A DNA stretch of 64,000 bases from assembly GCA_017549205.1 (NCBI GenBank), contig JAFYVH010000014.1:27437-91436 (forward strand). The letters are read 5' to 3'. Below are positions 9,696-20,129 of this stretch, piece after piece. Position numbers and translations under genes: made by a program. Source of the stretch: Clostridia bacterium (GTDB lineage: Bacteria > Bacillota > Clostridia > UBA1381 > UBA9506). The notes under the pieces are model-generated. The model ran no database searches. It saw only the letters and a program-made list of their open reading frames with translations, and had not been told where the DNA came from. Each line of letters begins with the position of its first letter. The stretch's first letter is position 1.

Positions 9696-10610
9696 TCACA
9701 AAAACATTGGCGTTGATAAATAACGCTCTCCCGTATCCGGTAACAAAGTCACAATTAGTTTCCCTTTGTTTTCCGATCGTTGTGCCAGTTTTTTAGCTGC
9801 ACTAAAGGCCGCTCCGGCTGAAATGCCCACCAAAAGACCCTGTTTTTGCGCCAATTCACCACCGGCTGCATAAGCCTCTTCTGTTTGAATCGTTATCACT
9901 TCATCATAAACATCTCTATCCAAAATTTCGGGTACAAAACCCGCACCAATCCCCTGAATCTGATGGCTGCCGGATTTTCCCTGAGATAAAACCGGTGAAT
10001 CTGCGGGTTCAACTGCTACAATCTGTATTTGCGAGTTTTTCGATTTTAAATAACTGCCCACGCCGGATATGGTCCCGCCTGTGCCCACGCCGGCAACAAA
10101 AACATCCACTTTTCCCTCTGTATCTGCCCAAATTTCAGGACCGGTTGTCTCAAAATGAGCTTTTGGATTGTCCGGATTGATAAATTGACCGGGAATAAAG
10201 CTGTTCGGCATTGAAGCGGCCAACTCATTGGCTTTATCAATGGCACCCTGCATACCCTTGGTTCCATCGGTTAAAACCACTTCTGCGCCATAGGCTTTCA
10301 AAAGGTTACGGCGTTCTATGCTCATGGTTTCGGGCATTGTGAGAATAACCCGATAGCCACGAACAGCAGAGATGGCCGCAAGACCGATGCCAGTGTTACC
10401 GCTTGTGGGCTCAATGATAACCGCCCCGGGCATTAACAACCCCTCTTTTTCTGCCGCTTCAATCATATATTTTGCAGCTCTGTCTTTCACGCTGCCGGCA
10501 GGATTGAAAAACTCTACCTTGCCCGCAATGCGTGTTCCGCTTTCATCACGATACAGTTCTACCAAAGGTGTCTTACCAATCAGTTCTGTTATATTTTTAT
10601 AAATTTTCAT
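9696..10610 (-). CDS. cysK: cysteine synthase A (O-acetylserine sulfhydrylase)
   Basis: PLP-lysine motif NPAGSVKDRAA, TSGNTGIGLA, GVGTGGTISG. Confidence 0.93.
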   Translation of the reverse strand: MKIYKNITELIGKTPLVELYRDESGTRIAGKVEFFNPAGSVKDRAAKYMIEAAEKEGLLMPGAVIIEPTSGNTGIGLAAISAVRGYRVILTMPETMSIERRNLLKAYGAEVVLTDGTKGMQGAIDKANELAASMPNSFIPGQFINPDNPKAHFETTGPEIWADTEGKVDVFVAGVGTGGTISGVGSYLKSKNSQIQIVAVEPADSPVLSQGKSGSHQIQGIGAGFVPEILDRDVYDEVITIQTEEAYAAGGELAQKQGLLVGISAGAAFSAAKKLAQRSENKGKLIVTLLPDTGERYLSTPMFL

Positions 10611-10651
10611 ATACTTTTCCTCGTATTATTTTTATACATCAGAACAGGCTC

Positions 10652-11233
10652 TTACTTTCCTTCCAAGAAATATGTTGCCTCCATATCTGCTGTATGTAAT
10701 GCAAAGCTTAAGGGATACATTTCAAAGCTTTTTCCAACATTCTGCTTGTTGCCATCTTCAGAAAAACCCATATGATAACGGATGGCAAAGGCCTCTTCCC
10801 GGGTCAAGCGCATAAAACCTGTAATGATATAAACAGATTTTTCCCCGTGGCCATATGGCAGCGCATCGTCATATTCATAAAAAGGCACCTGTGTCCAACG
10901 ACCTTCTTTGTCCTTTACATTGCGCATGCTTTCTTTGTAGCAATTAACCTTGCATAGATCATGAAGCAAAGCCACAATGGCAACGGATTCAGAATCCGGC
11001 TCAAGCCCATAAAGTTCTTGCACACGGGGACGGCTTAAATAATCCTTAAGGCAATCATAAACATTAATGCTGTGCTCCACCAAGCCCCCTGCATAAGAAC
11101 CATGAAAACGCGTGCTGGCAGGCGCTGTAAAAAAATCGCTGGCAGGTGAACACAAATATTCCAGCAGCTTGTCAGCACCCTCACGCTTAATATTATTCTG
11201 ATATAATTCAATAAATTCTTCTCTGCTTGTCAT
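10652..11233 (-). CDS. HD-domain phosphohydrolase (YhaM-like HD domain without OB fold)
   Basis: RFHGSYAGGLVEHS ... ALLHDLCK ... GHGEKS metal-binding His/Asp pattern. 4-nt overlap with the upstream SDR gene. Confidence 0.7.
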   Translation of the reverse strand: MTSREEFIELYQNNIKREGADKLLEYLCSPASDFFTAPASTRFHGSYAGGLVEHSINVYDCLKDYLSRPRVQELYGLEPDSESVAIVALLHDLCKVNCYKESMRNVKDKEGRWTQVPFYEYDDALPYGHGEKSVYIITGFMRLTREEAFAIRYHMGFSEDGNKQNVGKSFEMYPLSFALHTADMEATYFLEGK

Positions 11234-12003
11234 TTTGTTTCTCCTTTTTCCAAAGATCGTCTGCGGGGCAACTGAATAACATATGCCAGTGTCAACAAGG
11301 CTGAATCAGGCAAAAACCGGGTGAAAAATCGTGCTATTTTCATCACGGGTCCCGGTACAATTACTTTTTTTCCACGGAACAACTTGTTAAGAGCATATCT
11401 TGCCACCGATTCGCTTGACTTTCCAATAGGTGTGAAATCCACTCCTGCAACGGCTTCAAACTCTGTTTTCACAGGGCCGGGACACAAAGCAGATAAAACA
11501 ACTTTGCTTTTTTGCTTAGAGAGCCCTTTCGCTACTGAGCGGGTCAAATTTAAAATATAGGCCTTGGTGGCATAATAGCCGTCAAGCAAGGGTCCGCCGG
11601 GCATAAAGGCCGCAGCTGATGCCACATTTAAAATGTAGCCGCTGTCCCTTTTCACAAAATCTTTTAAAAAGAGTTTCATTAAAAGATGCATAGCTCGTGC
11701 ATTCACGTGAAGCATCTCTAGTTCTCGTTCCAAATCAACCTCTAAAAAGTCACCAAAGAGTCCAAAGCCTGCATTATTAATAAAAACATCAATCTCCCCT
11801 GCTTCTCGGTGCAAGGCATAGCAATCCTCTGTTTTGGATAAATCAAAGCAAAGAATCTGCACATTGGTGTCAAGCTCGGTAGCTAAAGCCTCTAAACGCT
11901 CCCGACGGCGTGCCGTCAGCACTAAATCATAGCCCATCTGAGACAGAATTTTTGCCATATCCCGTCCGATGCCGGAGCTTGCCCCTGTGATTAATGCACG
12001 CAT
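11230..12003 (-). CDS. short-chain dehydrogenase/reductase (SDR)
   Basis: Cofactor motif ITGASSGIGR, NNAG, and the catalytic YxxxK in YYATKAY. Start set at MRALITG (G-rich RBS upstream) instead of ORF-track 12039. Confidence 0.85.
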   Translation of the reverse strand: MRALITGASSGIGRDMAKILSQMGYDLVLTARRRERLEALATELDTNVQILCFDLSKTEDCYALHREAGEIDVFINNAGFGLFGDFLEVDLERELEMLHVNARAMHLLMKLFLKDFVKRDSGYILNVASAAAFMPGGPLLDGYYATKAYILNLTRSVAKGLSKQKSKVVLSALCPGPVKTEFEAVAGVDFTPIGKSSESVARYALNKLFRGKKVIVPGPVMKIARFFTRFLPDSALLTLAYVIQLPRRRSLEKGETK

Positions 12004-12022
12004 GCTTTGTGCCCCCCCTTTT

Positions 12023-13471
12023 TTAGATGTTACCTGCATATTTTTTTAGCAAATCTTCTTTCATTTTCCATAGCGACGGTGACAAATCAACATAATAGCG
12101 GTGGGGATTTTCAAATCGTTTCACTTCATCCCACAATTTGTCAATTTGTTCACTGCAATAAGCCTTAATCTGATGAACATCAGGGCTTTCATACACGCAC
12201 TCGCCATGGTCAAAAATTTTAACCAACAGCTTTTTCGCTGTAAAATTGCCAACCTTTTTCCGCTTCCATGTGTGTTCAGGGTCAAAAATCTCATAAGGTT
12301 CATTTTCATTGATTTCTTCATCAAACATGGTCAAAACATCAGCAAATGCCTCACCCGTATCCTTAGAATATAAGCGATGCACCTGTTTAAAGCCAGGATT
12401 GGTAATTTTGGCTGTGTTTTCACTGATTTTAATTTTGGGAATAATTTCACCGTCTTTTTCTATGGCAGCCAGCTTATACACACCGCCAAAAACAGGCTCA
12501 GAACGAGAGGTAATAAGTCGCTCACCCACGCCATACATGTCAATTTGTGCACCCTGCATCAAGGTGTCACGAATGATGTATTCATCCAATGAGTTAGAGG
12601 CGGTAATGGTGCAATCGCCAAAGCCTGCCTCGTCTAACATTTTACGAACCTTTTTGGATAAATATGTGATGTCGCCGCTGTCGATACGAACACCCTTCGG
12701 GCGATAGCCCTTAGGCAAGATAACCTCATTAAACACCCGAATTGCATTGGGTATGCCGGATTTTAAAACATTATAGGTATCCACCAGCAAAATGCAGTTT
12801 TGCGGATATGTTTCTGCATAGGCGCGAAAAGCCTCATATTCTGAATCAAAAAGCTGCACCCAACTGTGCGCCATGGTGCCCAAAGCCGGAATGCCGTAAT
12901 TCCGGTCAGAAATGGCACAGGCAGTGCCGCTGCAACCGGCAATATAGGCAGCTCTTGCACCAAAAATAGCACCATGATAGCCCTGTGCTCTTCGAGAGCC
13001 AAATTCCATAACACTCCGTCCGTCAGCTGCACGGACAATGCGATTTGCCTTGGTAGCAATCAGCGACTGATGGTTAATGGTCAAAAGCAGCATGGTTTCA
13101 ATGAACTGCGCCTCAATAATCGGTCCGCGTACTGTCACAATAGGCTCCATGGGGAAAATGGGCGTGCCCTCGGGCATGCTCCACACATCGCAGGAAAATT
13201 TGAAATTTTTTAGGTAGTCTAAAAAGCCTTCATCAAAAATGCCTTTACTGCGCAAATAGGCAATGTCTTCTTCATCAAATTTCAGATTTTTAATATATTC
13301 AATCAGCTGCTCAAGACCCACCATAATGGCAAAGCCGCCATCGTCGGGCACCTTACGAAAGAACATGTCAAAATAAGCAATCTGATTTTCAAAACCCTCT
13401 ACAAAATAACCATTTGCCATGGTAAATTCATAAAAATCCACCAGCATGGTTAAATTGACTTTTTCCTGCAT
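12023..13471 (-). CDS. pncB: nicotinate phosphoribosyltransferase
   Basis: 482 aa. N-terminal LVDFYEFTMANGYF, internal GTMAHSWVQ and VRIDSGD motifs of the NAPRTase family. Confidence 0.9.
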   Translation of the reverse strand: MQEKVNLTMLVDFYEFTMANGYFVEGFENQIAYFDMFFRKVPDDGGFAIMVGLEQLIEYIKNLKFDEEDIAYLRSKGIFDEGFLDYLKNFKFSCDVWSMPEGTPIFPMEPIVTVRGPIIEAQFIETMLLLTINHQSLIATKANRIVRAADGRSVMEFGSRRAQGYHGAIFGARAAYIAGCSGTACAISDRNYGIPALGTMAHSWVQLFDSEYEAFRAYAETYPQNCILLVDTYNVLKSGIPNAIRVFNEVILPKGYRPKGVRIDSGDITYLSKKVRKMLDEAGFGDCTITASNSLDEYIIRDTLMQGAQIDMYGVGERLITSRSEPVFGGVYKLAAIEKDGEIIPKIKISENTAKITNPGFKQVHRLYSKDTGEAFADVLTMFDEEINENEPYEIFDPEHTWKRKKVGNFTAKKLLVKIFDHGECVYESPDVHQIKAYCSEQIDKLWDEVKRFENPHRYYVDLSPSLWKMKEDLLKKYAGNI

Positions 13472-13506
13472 TATAATCTCCTCCGACTTCTAGTGTGTTC
13501 CTATTG

Positions 13507-14505
13507 TTATGCTGTCACAATTTGGTCAATGGCTGCAAGTTCCTCTTCGCTAAAAGGGCTGCAACCGGCCACAAGGGCATTTTCTTTGATTTGTTCGGGC
13601 GAAGAAGCACCCATTAAAACGCTGGTAACTCCCTCGTGATTCAGCACCCAGGCAAGAGCCATTTGGGCAAGGGTCTCGCCTCTTTCTTTGGCAATGTTAT
13701 TCAGCTTTTCAATTTTGGCCAACAGTTCCGGTGTGATCTCGGACTCTTGCAAAAACAGACCGCTGGTTTTCACCCGGCTGTTTTTGGGAATGCCGTGCAG
13801 ATATTTATCACTCAAAAGACCTTGCGCCAGCGGACTAAAAATAATCACGCCTTTTTTCTGCTCTTTTGCTGCATCTAAAATGCCATTGTTTTTTGCCTTT
13901 CTATCCAAAATGGAATAAATGTTTTGGTTAATAACAAAAGGACAGTGAAGCGACTCTAAAATCGCCGCCGCTTTTTTCATGGTCTCACCGTCATAATTGG
14001 AAAGGCCGACATAAAGGGCCTTGCCACTTTTAACCGCCTGGCTGAGAGCACCCATGGTTTCTTCAAGAGGTGTTTTGGGATCTGGCCGGTGATGATAAAA
14101 AATATCCACATAGTCAAGCTGCAGGCGTTTTAAACTGTCATCTAAGCTTGAAAGCAGATACTTACGGCTGCCAAAATCGCCATAGGGTCCTTCCCACATG
14201 CGATAGCCGGCCTTGGTGCTGATGACAAGCTCATTTCGATATGCCTTAAAATGCCTTTTTAAAATGCGTCCTGTGTTTTCTTCGGCGCTGCCAATGTCAG
14301 GATAGCCGTAGTTGTTGGCAAGGTCAAAGTGGGTTATGCCGCAATCAAAGGCAGCAAAACACATTTTCTCCATAGTTTTAAAGCAGCTTGTTTTTCCAAA
14401 ATTGTGCCACATACCCAGGGAAATAGCCGGCAGCTTTAAACCGCTGTTGCCGCAAGGATTATATTTCATTTTTTCATAACGCTCTTTAGATGCTATGTAA
14501 GTCAT
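13507..14505 (-). CDS. aldo/keto reductase (YghZ / L-glyceraldehyde-3-phosphate reductase-like)
   Basis: GLKLPAISLGMWHNFG, HFDLANNYG, DIFYHHRPD, GLSNY motifs. Start at ATG 14505 after GGGAGGG rather than ORF-track 14556. Confidence 0.85.
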   Translation of the reverse strand: MTYIASKERYEKMKYNPCGNSGLKLPAISLGMWHNFGKTSCFKTMEKMCFAAFDCGITHFDLANNYGYPDIGSAEENTGRILKRHFKAYRNELVISTKAGYRMWEGPYGDFGSRKYLLSSLDDSLKRLQLDYVDIFYHHRPDPKTPLEETMGALSQAVKSGKALYVGLSNYDGETMKKAAAILESLHCPFVINQNIYSILDRKAKNNGILDAAKEQKKGVIIFSPLAQGLLSDKYLHGIPKNSRVKTSGLFLQESEITPELLAKIEKLNNIAKERGETLAQMALAWVLNHEGVTSVLMGASSPEQIKENALVAGCSPFSEEELAAIDQIVTA

Positions 14506-14586
14506 TTTTGTCCCTCCCAGCAAAACGAACTCTTGTATACTATGATTGTACCCCAAACCAAAGCATTTGAAACAATCTCTTTAAAA

Positions 14587-16350
14587 TCAATTAAGGGGCA
14601 CGCCACCAGAAACAGCATCGGGCGCTTTGTAGGAAGCAGCTGCAATTTTAGCCAGTTCTTCCTCTTCAAGCTGACGGTAAGCCACCTTACCTACCAATGT
14701 TTTGGGCAAATCTTCTTTAAACTCAATGTCATAAGGCATAGCATATTTCGCAATGTTCTTACGGCAATAGTCCATAAGCTCTGTTTTAATCTCATCACTT
14801 GTCGTAACACCGGCAGCCAATTTAACATAGGCTTTAATTTTCTGCATTTTATATTCATCGGGGATACCGATAACACAGCTCATTTGTACAGTTTCATGGG
14901 CATCTAAAATGTTTTCAATCTGACCCGGATACACATTATAGCCCGAGGTAATAATCATGCGTTTTGCTCTGCCTTTAAAATAGATGAAGCCCTCTGAATC
15001 CATATAACCCAAGTCACCGGTATACACCCATGTGAGTCCATCAGCATGCTTGCGCAAGGTCTGCGCCGTCTCTTCGGGATGATTCATATATTCCTTCATC
15101 ACAGTAGGACCGGCAAGCAAAATTTCACCCTCTTCACCGTAGGGCAGTTCCTCATCGGTATCGGGCTTAACAATCTTAATATATGTATCAGAAAAAGGTA
15201 TGCCGATACTGCCCTGTTTATACATAGTAGCAGGGGTCAGGCAGCAAGCCGTTACTGTTTCTGTTGTGCCGTAGCCCTCACGAACCTGCACCATGCTCTT
15301 ATGGTCATATAAGAACTGGTCCAGTTTTTTCTTAAGCTCAATGGATAAAGAGTCACCGCCCGAGAACACACCCTTTAAAGAACTCAGGTCTGCCTTATCA
15401 AGTGTGTCAAGACGCAAAAGAGCCTCATACAGCGTGGGAACGCCGGCAATGAAATTGCACTTATATTTTACAATCAGCTTTGCATAGCTCTTTGGGGTGA
15501 AACGGGGCACTAAAATGCAGCGACCGCCCACAGACAGCATGGTGTGAATGCAAACACCCAGACCAAAACCGTGGAAAATAGGCATGGCAGCCAGCATCTT
15601 GTCACCCACACGGAACATGGGGTTAGCTGCAATAATCTGCTCGCCCAAGGCATTAAAGTTTTGATTGGTTAAAACAATGCCTTTATTTGTGCCGGTTGTA
15701 CCGCCGGAATAAAGAATAACAGCCGGGTCATCTTTTTTACGCTGCACACTGTAATTATAAAAGCAGCAATGTCCCAACCGCAAAAAGTCCTGCCAACGAA
15801 TGATGGGGGCATCAGCCGGAATTTTTTGAATTTTTCTTCCTTCTGTAAGCATATAGCCGGCTTTGATGGGCTTAGAAAGCTCATCTTTAACGCTGGCAAT
15901 GATAATGTTGACAACCTTGGTGTTTTGTCTGATTCTTTCAAATTTGCCATAAAACTGGTCTAAGGTAATGGCTGTTACACTTTGCGATTCATTTAAATAA
16001 AACTCAATCTCCTTTTCTGCTGAAAGAGGATGAATCATGTTGGCAATGCCGCCCACAAGGTTAATGGCATAGAACATATAAATGGCCTGAGGACAGTTTG
16101 GCATTGCAATAGTCACACGGTCATTTTCTCTCACACCAATGGTTTTTAAAGCCTTGGCACATCTTTGAATTTCTGCAATCAGCTTTGCATATGTAGTCGG
16201 GCGACCCATAAAATCAAAAGCAATGTTATTGGGATATTGCTTAGCAATTTTTTCAACCGCTTCATACATAGAGCCTTCAAAATAATCAATGTGCATGGGC
16301 ATATCACCCATACATTTTTCCCATGGGGTTTTTGCTGTTATGTTATTCAT
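14587..16350 (-). CDS. AMP-dependent synthetase/ligase (acyl-CoA ligase-like adenylate-forming enzyme)
   Basis: AMP-binding core ILYSGGTTGTNKG, YGTTE, GDLGYMDSEGFIYFKGRAKRMI, C-terminal PKTLVGKV. The ATG at 16350 lies inside the last codons of the upstream gene. Confidence 0.88.
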   Translation of the reverse strand: MNNITAKTPWEKCMGDMPMHIDYFEGSMYEAVEKIAKQYPNNIAFDFMGRPTTYAKLIAEIQRCAKALKTIGVRENDRVTIAMPNCPQAIYMFYAINLVGGIANMIHPLSAEKEIEFYLNESQSVTAITLDQFYGKFERIRQNTKVVNIIIASVKDELSKPIKAGYMLTEGRKIQKIPADAPIIRWQDFLRLGHCCFYNYSVQRKKDDPAVILYSGGTTGTNKGIVLTNQNFNALGEQIIAANPMFRVGDKMLAAMPIFHGFGLGVCIHTMLSVGGRCILVPRFTPKSYAKLIVKYKCNFIAGVPTLYEALLRLDTLDKADLSSLKGVFSGGDSLSIELKKKLDQFLYDHKSMVQVREGYGTTETVTACCLTPATMYKQGSIGIPFSDTYIKIVKPDTDEELPYGEEGEILLAGPTVMKEYMNHPEETAQTLRKHADGLTWVYTGDLGYMDSEGFIYFKGRAKRMIITSGYNVYPGQIENILDAHETVQMSCVIGIPDEYKMQKIKAYVKLAAGVTTSDEIKTELMDYCRKNIAKYAMPYDIEFKEDLPKTLVGKVAYRQLEEEELAKIAAASYKAPDAVSGGVPLN

Positions 16351-17218
16351 AATCCACCTCATTACCAAATGGCTCTTCAAGCAGCTCGGGTTGTTCTAAT
16401 ATTTTCTTTAAAAGCTTAATGGTTTTAGAAAAATAATAACCGTCAGCAATTCTCTCGTCGACCGTTAAGCCAATATCCACACTGTCACGCATTTCCATGT
16501 TGCCTTCTTCGTCATAAAAAGGTCTCACCTTTTTCTCGCCAATAACCAGAAAAACAGAGGTCGTTCCCCAGTTGGTCAAGTGATGATAGCCCGATTTAAG
16601 CTTAATGGAACCAAGGTTAGAAAGCACAATAGATGAATAAAAAGGGTCCGTTGAAATAAAAGACTGAGGCACCTTGCCGTGCTTATCCAAAAAGCACACA
16701 AAGCTCACTATGGCTTTTGAAATAATGCGTGGCAGCTTGTTAAACAGTTCCATCACTTCAACGGTGCTGTCTTGCTTTGTTTCTTTTCGGCAACGATTCA
16801 CTTGCCTGTAAATATCCTGATGAACGGTTTCAATGGTATCGGTCTCTTTGCTCCGCACAAAAGCCATTCCCTCTTCTGCATCATCTTGAAAAATCTTTTT
16901 AATCACAAATGCAGCCGAAATCTCATTGCGCTGATACATGTTTTTATTGGCAATAAATCGGTTCATTTTGGGTCGCAGGGTAACGGTTTTTAAAACCGCA
17001 GACACAATAACCTGAAAAAGATTATACTTATATTCAGGGTTGGATTTATTTTTCTCTTCCAAATAACGATTGATATTGGTCAGGTCTATTCTTTCAGAGA
17101 TAAATGCCTCATTATCGCACCGATTTGGATAAATAAGCGGCATTAAAAAATGCATGGAGTCTAAATTGCGTAGAAGCTTTCCGTCTTTGCGGTCACCAAA
17201 CTTTCTTCCGTTTTTCAT
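16343..17218 (-). CDS. 2-oxoacid dehydrogenase E2 / CAT-fold acyltransferase-like protein (no lipoyl domain; DERIADG in place of DHRxxDG)
   Basis: The C-terminal half aligns by eye with the E2 catalytic domain (IVLSNLGS ... VFLVIGEKKVRPF ... GLTVDERIADGYYF ... LEQPELL). Start at ATG 17218 after GGGGG. Confidence 0.65.
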   Translation of the reverse strand: MKNGRKFGDRKDGKLLRNLDSMHFLMPLIYPNRCDNEAFISERIDLTNINRYLEEKNKSNPEYKYNLFQVIVSAVLKTVTLRPKMNRFIANKNMYQRNEISAAFVIKKIFQDDAEEGMAFVRSKETDTIETVHQDIYRQVNRCRKETKQDSTVEVMELFNKLPRIISKAIVSFVCFLDKHGKVPQSFISTDPFYSSIVLSNLGSIKLKSGYHHLTNWGTTSVFLVIGEKKVRPFYDEEGNMEMRDSVDIGLTVDERIADGYYFSKTIKLLKKILEQPELLEEPFGNEVDYE

Positions 17219-17428
17219 GTTTGTCCCCCTATTTAATGAAATTAAACCCATATGTTTTAATTGTACAACAAATTCGACAGAAATTCAAGCAAAACGACTG
17301 TTTTTTTGTGAAAAACTGTAAATAAAACATAAAAATTGTTTCTATCATAAAATTTTGTTAAAAACTCTTTTCTTTTTGCTGTAATGTGATATAATTAACA
17401 CAGATAAATGCAGAACAGGAGCAAAACC

Positions 17429-18367
17429 GTGAATTACTGTGACCAGATTTTTCTTGCGCCCATGGCCGGCGTTACCGATTTGCCTTTTCGGCACATTTGC
17501 AAATCTTTCGGTGCCGACCTTGTGGTTTCAGAAATGATTAGTTCAAAAGGAATTGAATATAAAGACAAAAAAACGAATCTTTTGCTTGCCACACAAGAGC
17601 CAGAAGCTCCGCTCATTGTTCAGCTTTTCGGTAACGAGCCCGATATTATGGCACGGGCGGCAGAATTCGTGCAAAAGCAGGGCTTTAAGGCCATCGACAT
17701 TAACATGGGCTGCCCTACCCCAAAAATTGTTACAAACGGTGACGGTGCAGCATTGGGGCGGGATATTGATAAAGCTGTTATGGTCATGCGTTCTGTAGCA
17801 AAAGCCGTTTCTGTTCCTTTTAGCATAAAATTTCGTTCCGGCTGGAATGATGCAACCAAAAACTGTGTTGCCTTGGCCCAGGCCGCCGAGGCAGAGGGTG
17901 CTGCTGCAGTCACCTTGCATGCCCGCACCAGAGAACAGTTTTATGCAGGTTCAGCACTGTGGGATGATATTCTTGCAGTAAAAAAAAACGTTTCCATCCC
18001 TGTGATTGGCAATGGCGACATCACCACGCCTGAAGAGGCGATCGCCATGAAAGAACAAACCGGCTGTGACAGCGTGATGATTGGTCGTGGCGCTTTGGGC
18101 AATCCGTTTTTATTCCGGCAAATTAAAGAATATGTAAAAACCGGTCACTATGCCCTGCCCACTGCCCAAGAAAAGAAAGAAACAATCTTCCGTCATCTTG
18201 AACTATTGGTACAGTGCAAGGGAGAACATACCGGCATTTTAGAAGCCAGAAAACACATTGCCTGGTATTTTAAAGGCATCCCCCATTCTGCTGCCGCTAA
18301 AAACAAAGCTTTTAACGCATCTACTCTTGAAGAAATGAAAGAAGTTGTGTGCGAAATTTTCAATTAA
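17429..18367 (+). CDS. dusB: tRNA-dihydrouridine synthase
   Basis: [20 protein letters not shown], and a TIM-barrel FMN enzyme pattern. Probable GTG start at 17429 (AGGAG 7 nt upstream). The ORF-track ATG 17408 has no RBS. Confidence 0.88.
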   Translation: MNYCDQIFLAPMAGVTDLPFRHICKSFGADLVVSEMISSKGIEYKDKKTNLLLATQEPEAPLIVQLFGNEPDIMARAAEFVQKQGFKAIDINMGCPTPKIVTNGDGAALGRDIDKAVMVMRSVAKAVSVPFSIKFRSGWNDATKNCVALAQAAEAEGAAAVTLHARTREQFYAGSALWDDILAVKKNVSIPVIGNGDITTPEEAIAMKEQTGCDSVMIGRGALGNPFLFRQIKEYVKTGHYALPTAQEKKETIFRHLELLVQCKGEHTGILEARKHIAWYFKGIPHSAAAKNKAFNASTLEEMKEVVCEIFN

Positions 18368-18389
18368 AACAAAACAAGGAGAGAAAAAC

Positions 18390-18836
18390 ATGCTGAAAGA
18401 ATTTAAGGAATTTGCAATTAAGGGTAATGTCATTGACATGGCTGTCGGCGTTATCATCGGTGGTGCTTTTGGTAAAATTGTCACCTCTGTTGTTAATGAC
18501 CTAATTATGCCGTTTTTCGGTTTCGTAACAGCCGGAATGGACTTTAAAAGCTTAAAATGGGTGCTAAGTCCTGCCACATTAGACGAAGCAGGCGCCGTTT
18601 TAAAGCCCGAAGCCGCTATTACATACGGTAATTTTTTGCAGAATGTGATTGACTTTTTAATCATTGCTTTTTCAATTTTTATGTTTATTAAAATGATTAA
18701 TAAAATGAAAGACTTAGCAACGAAAAAGGAAGAGATTGCTGAAGAAGTCGCAGCCGAAGAACCCAAAGAACCCACGCAGGAAGAGCTGCTTGCTGAAATT
18801 CGAGATTTGTTAAAGGACAATAAGGCAACTGAATAA
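18390..18836 (+). CDS. mscL: large-conductance mechanosensitive channel
   Basis: Canonical N-terminus [43 protein letters not shown]-track start 18345 rejected. Confidence 0.92.
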   Translation: MLKEFKEFAIKGNVIDMAVGVIIGGAFGKIVTSVVNDLIMPFFGFVTAGMDFKSLKWVLSPATLDEAGAVLKPEAAITYGNFLQNVIDFLIIAFSIFMFIKMINKMKDLATKKEEIAEEVAAEEPKEPTQEELLAEIRDLLKDNKATE

Positions 18837-18852
18837 GAGTCATATAGCGTAA

Positions 18853-18887
18853 AGAGGGATTGCGAAAGTTTCGCAATCCCTCTTTTG
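18853..18887 (+). terminator. rho-independent terminator of mscL
   Basis: AGAGGGATTGCGAAA / TTTCGCAATCCCTCT perfect stem followed by TTTT. Confidence 0.85.
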
Positions 18888-18892
18888 TGTGT

Positions 18893-18925
18893 AAAAAAGA
18901 CCGCTTGCATTTGCAAGCGGTCTTT
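18893..18925 (-). terminator. rho-independent terminator of gap
   Basis: AGACCGCTTGCA / TGCAAGCGGTCT stem. The A-run on + gives a T-run on the - strand. 20 nt past the gap stop. Confidence 0.85.
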
Positions 18926-18944
18926 AATAAGCTTTCGCTAATGA

Positions 18945-19958
18945 TTAACCTAATTCAGCGAAATATTTGATTGTTCTAACCATCTGGCTGGTGTAAGAAT
19001 TTTCATTGTCATACCAGGAAACAACCTGAACCTGAGAGTAACCATTATCCATGTTGGTTACCATGGTCTGAGTTGCATCGAAGATAGAACCGAATTTGCT
19101 GCCGACGATGTCGGAGGAAACGATTTCGTCTTCATTGTATGCAAAAGATTCGTTAGCAGCAGCTTTCATAGCAGCGTTGATGCCTTCAACGGTAGCCTGA
19201 CCCTTAACAACTGCAACCAGGATTGTGGTGGAGCCTGTGGGGGTGGGAACACGCTGAGCAGAGCCGATGAGCTTGCCGTTTAATTCGGGAATAACCAGAC
19301 CGATTGCTTTTGCAGCACCGGTGGAGTTAGGAACGATGTTAACTGCGCCTGCTCTAGATCTTCTCAGGTCACCCTTTCTCTGAGGACCGTCTAAGATCAT
19401 CTGGTCGCCTGTGTAAGCGTGAATGGTGGACATGATACCGCTTTCAACGGGCATGTAGTCATTCAGAGCTTTAGCCATGGGAGCCAAGCAGTTTGTTGTG
19501 CAGGATGCAGCAGAAATAACTTTGTCATCCTTTGTTAAAATGTTGTGGTTAACATTGTAAACAACGGTGGGCAGATCGTTACCAGCGGGAGCAGAAATAA
19601 CAACCTTCTTAGCGCCTGCTGTTAAGTGAGCAGAAGCTTTTTCCTTAGAGGTGTAGAAACCTGTGCATTCTAAAACAACATCTACATCCAAAGCGCCCCA
19701 GGGAATGTTTACAGCGTCTTTTTCAGCATAAATTTTGATGGTCTTGCCATCAACTGTGATAGAATCTTCGCCGGCGGAAACAGTGTCAGCCAGAGCATAT
19801 TTACCCTGTGCGGAATCATACTTTAAAAGATGAGCCAGCATTTTGGGGCTTGTCAGGTCGTTAATTGCAACAACCTCATAACCCTCTGCGCCAAACATCT
19901 GTCTGAAAGCCAGACGACCGATACGGCCAAAACCATTAATACCAACTTTTACTGCCAT
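18945..19958 (-). CDS. gap: type I glyceraldehyde-3-phosphate dehydrogenase
   Basis: [12 protein letters not shown] motif and active site [10 protein letters not shown]. Confidence 0.95.
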   Translation of the reverse strand: MAVKVGINGFGRIGRLAFRQMFGAEGYEVVAINDLTSPKMLAHLLKYDSAQGKYALADTVSAGEDSITVDGKTIKIYAEKDAVNIPWGALDVDVVLECTGFYTSKEKASAHLTAGAKKVVISAPAGNDLPTVVYNVNHNILTKDDKVISAASCTTNCLAPMAKALNDYMPVESGIMSTIHAYTGDQMILDGPQRKGDLRRSRAGAVNIVPNSTGAAKAIGLVIPELNGKLIGSAQRVPTPTGSTTILVAVVKGQATVEGINAAMKAAANESFAYNEDEIVSSDIVGSKFGSIFDATQTMVTNMDNGYSQVQVVSWYDNENSYTSQMVRTIKYFAELG

Positions 19959-20129
19959 AGTAGTAAAACCTCCTATAAAAATTATTGTTATTAAATTATC
20001 ATATCTATTTTACAATATTGTAATAAAATATGCAAGCATTATTTATGATTTTTTTCAAATTTCTTCTAATCTGCATAAAAGAATTGCTTTTTAGGCCATT
20101 TTTTAGACAAATTAGCCTAATGTTTTCCA

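Noticed and set aside
12101-13213. Several 67-132-aa ORFs on both strands inside pncB.
   Set aside because: They all lie within or antisense to the 482-aa NAPRTase gene, have no RBS, and have unprotein-like composition.
18239-18916. 225-aa - strand ORF.
   Set aside because: It is antisense to mscL and the 3' end of dusB, and it runs through both terminators. It is Ser-rich low complexity.
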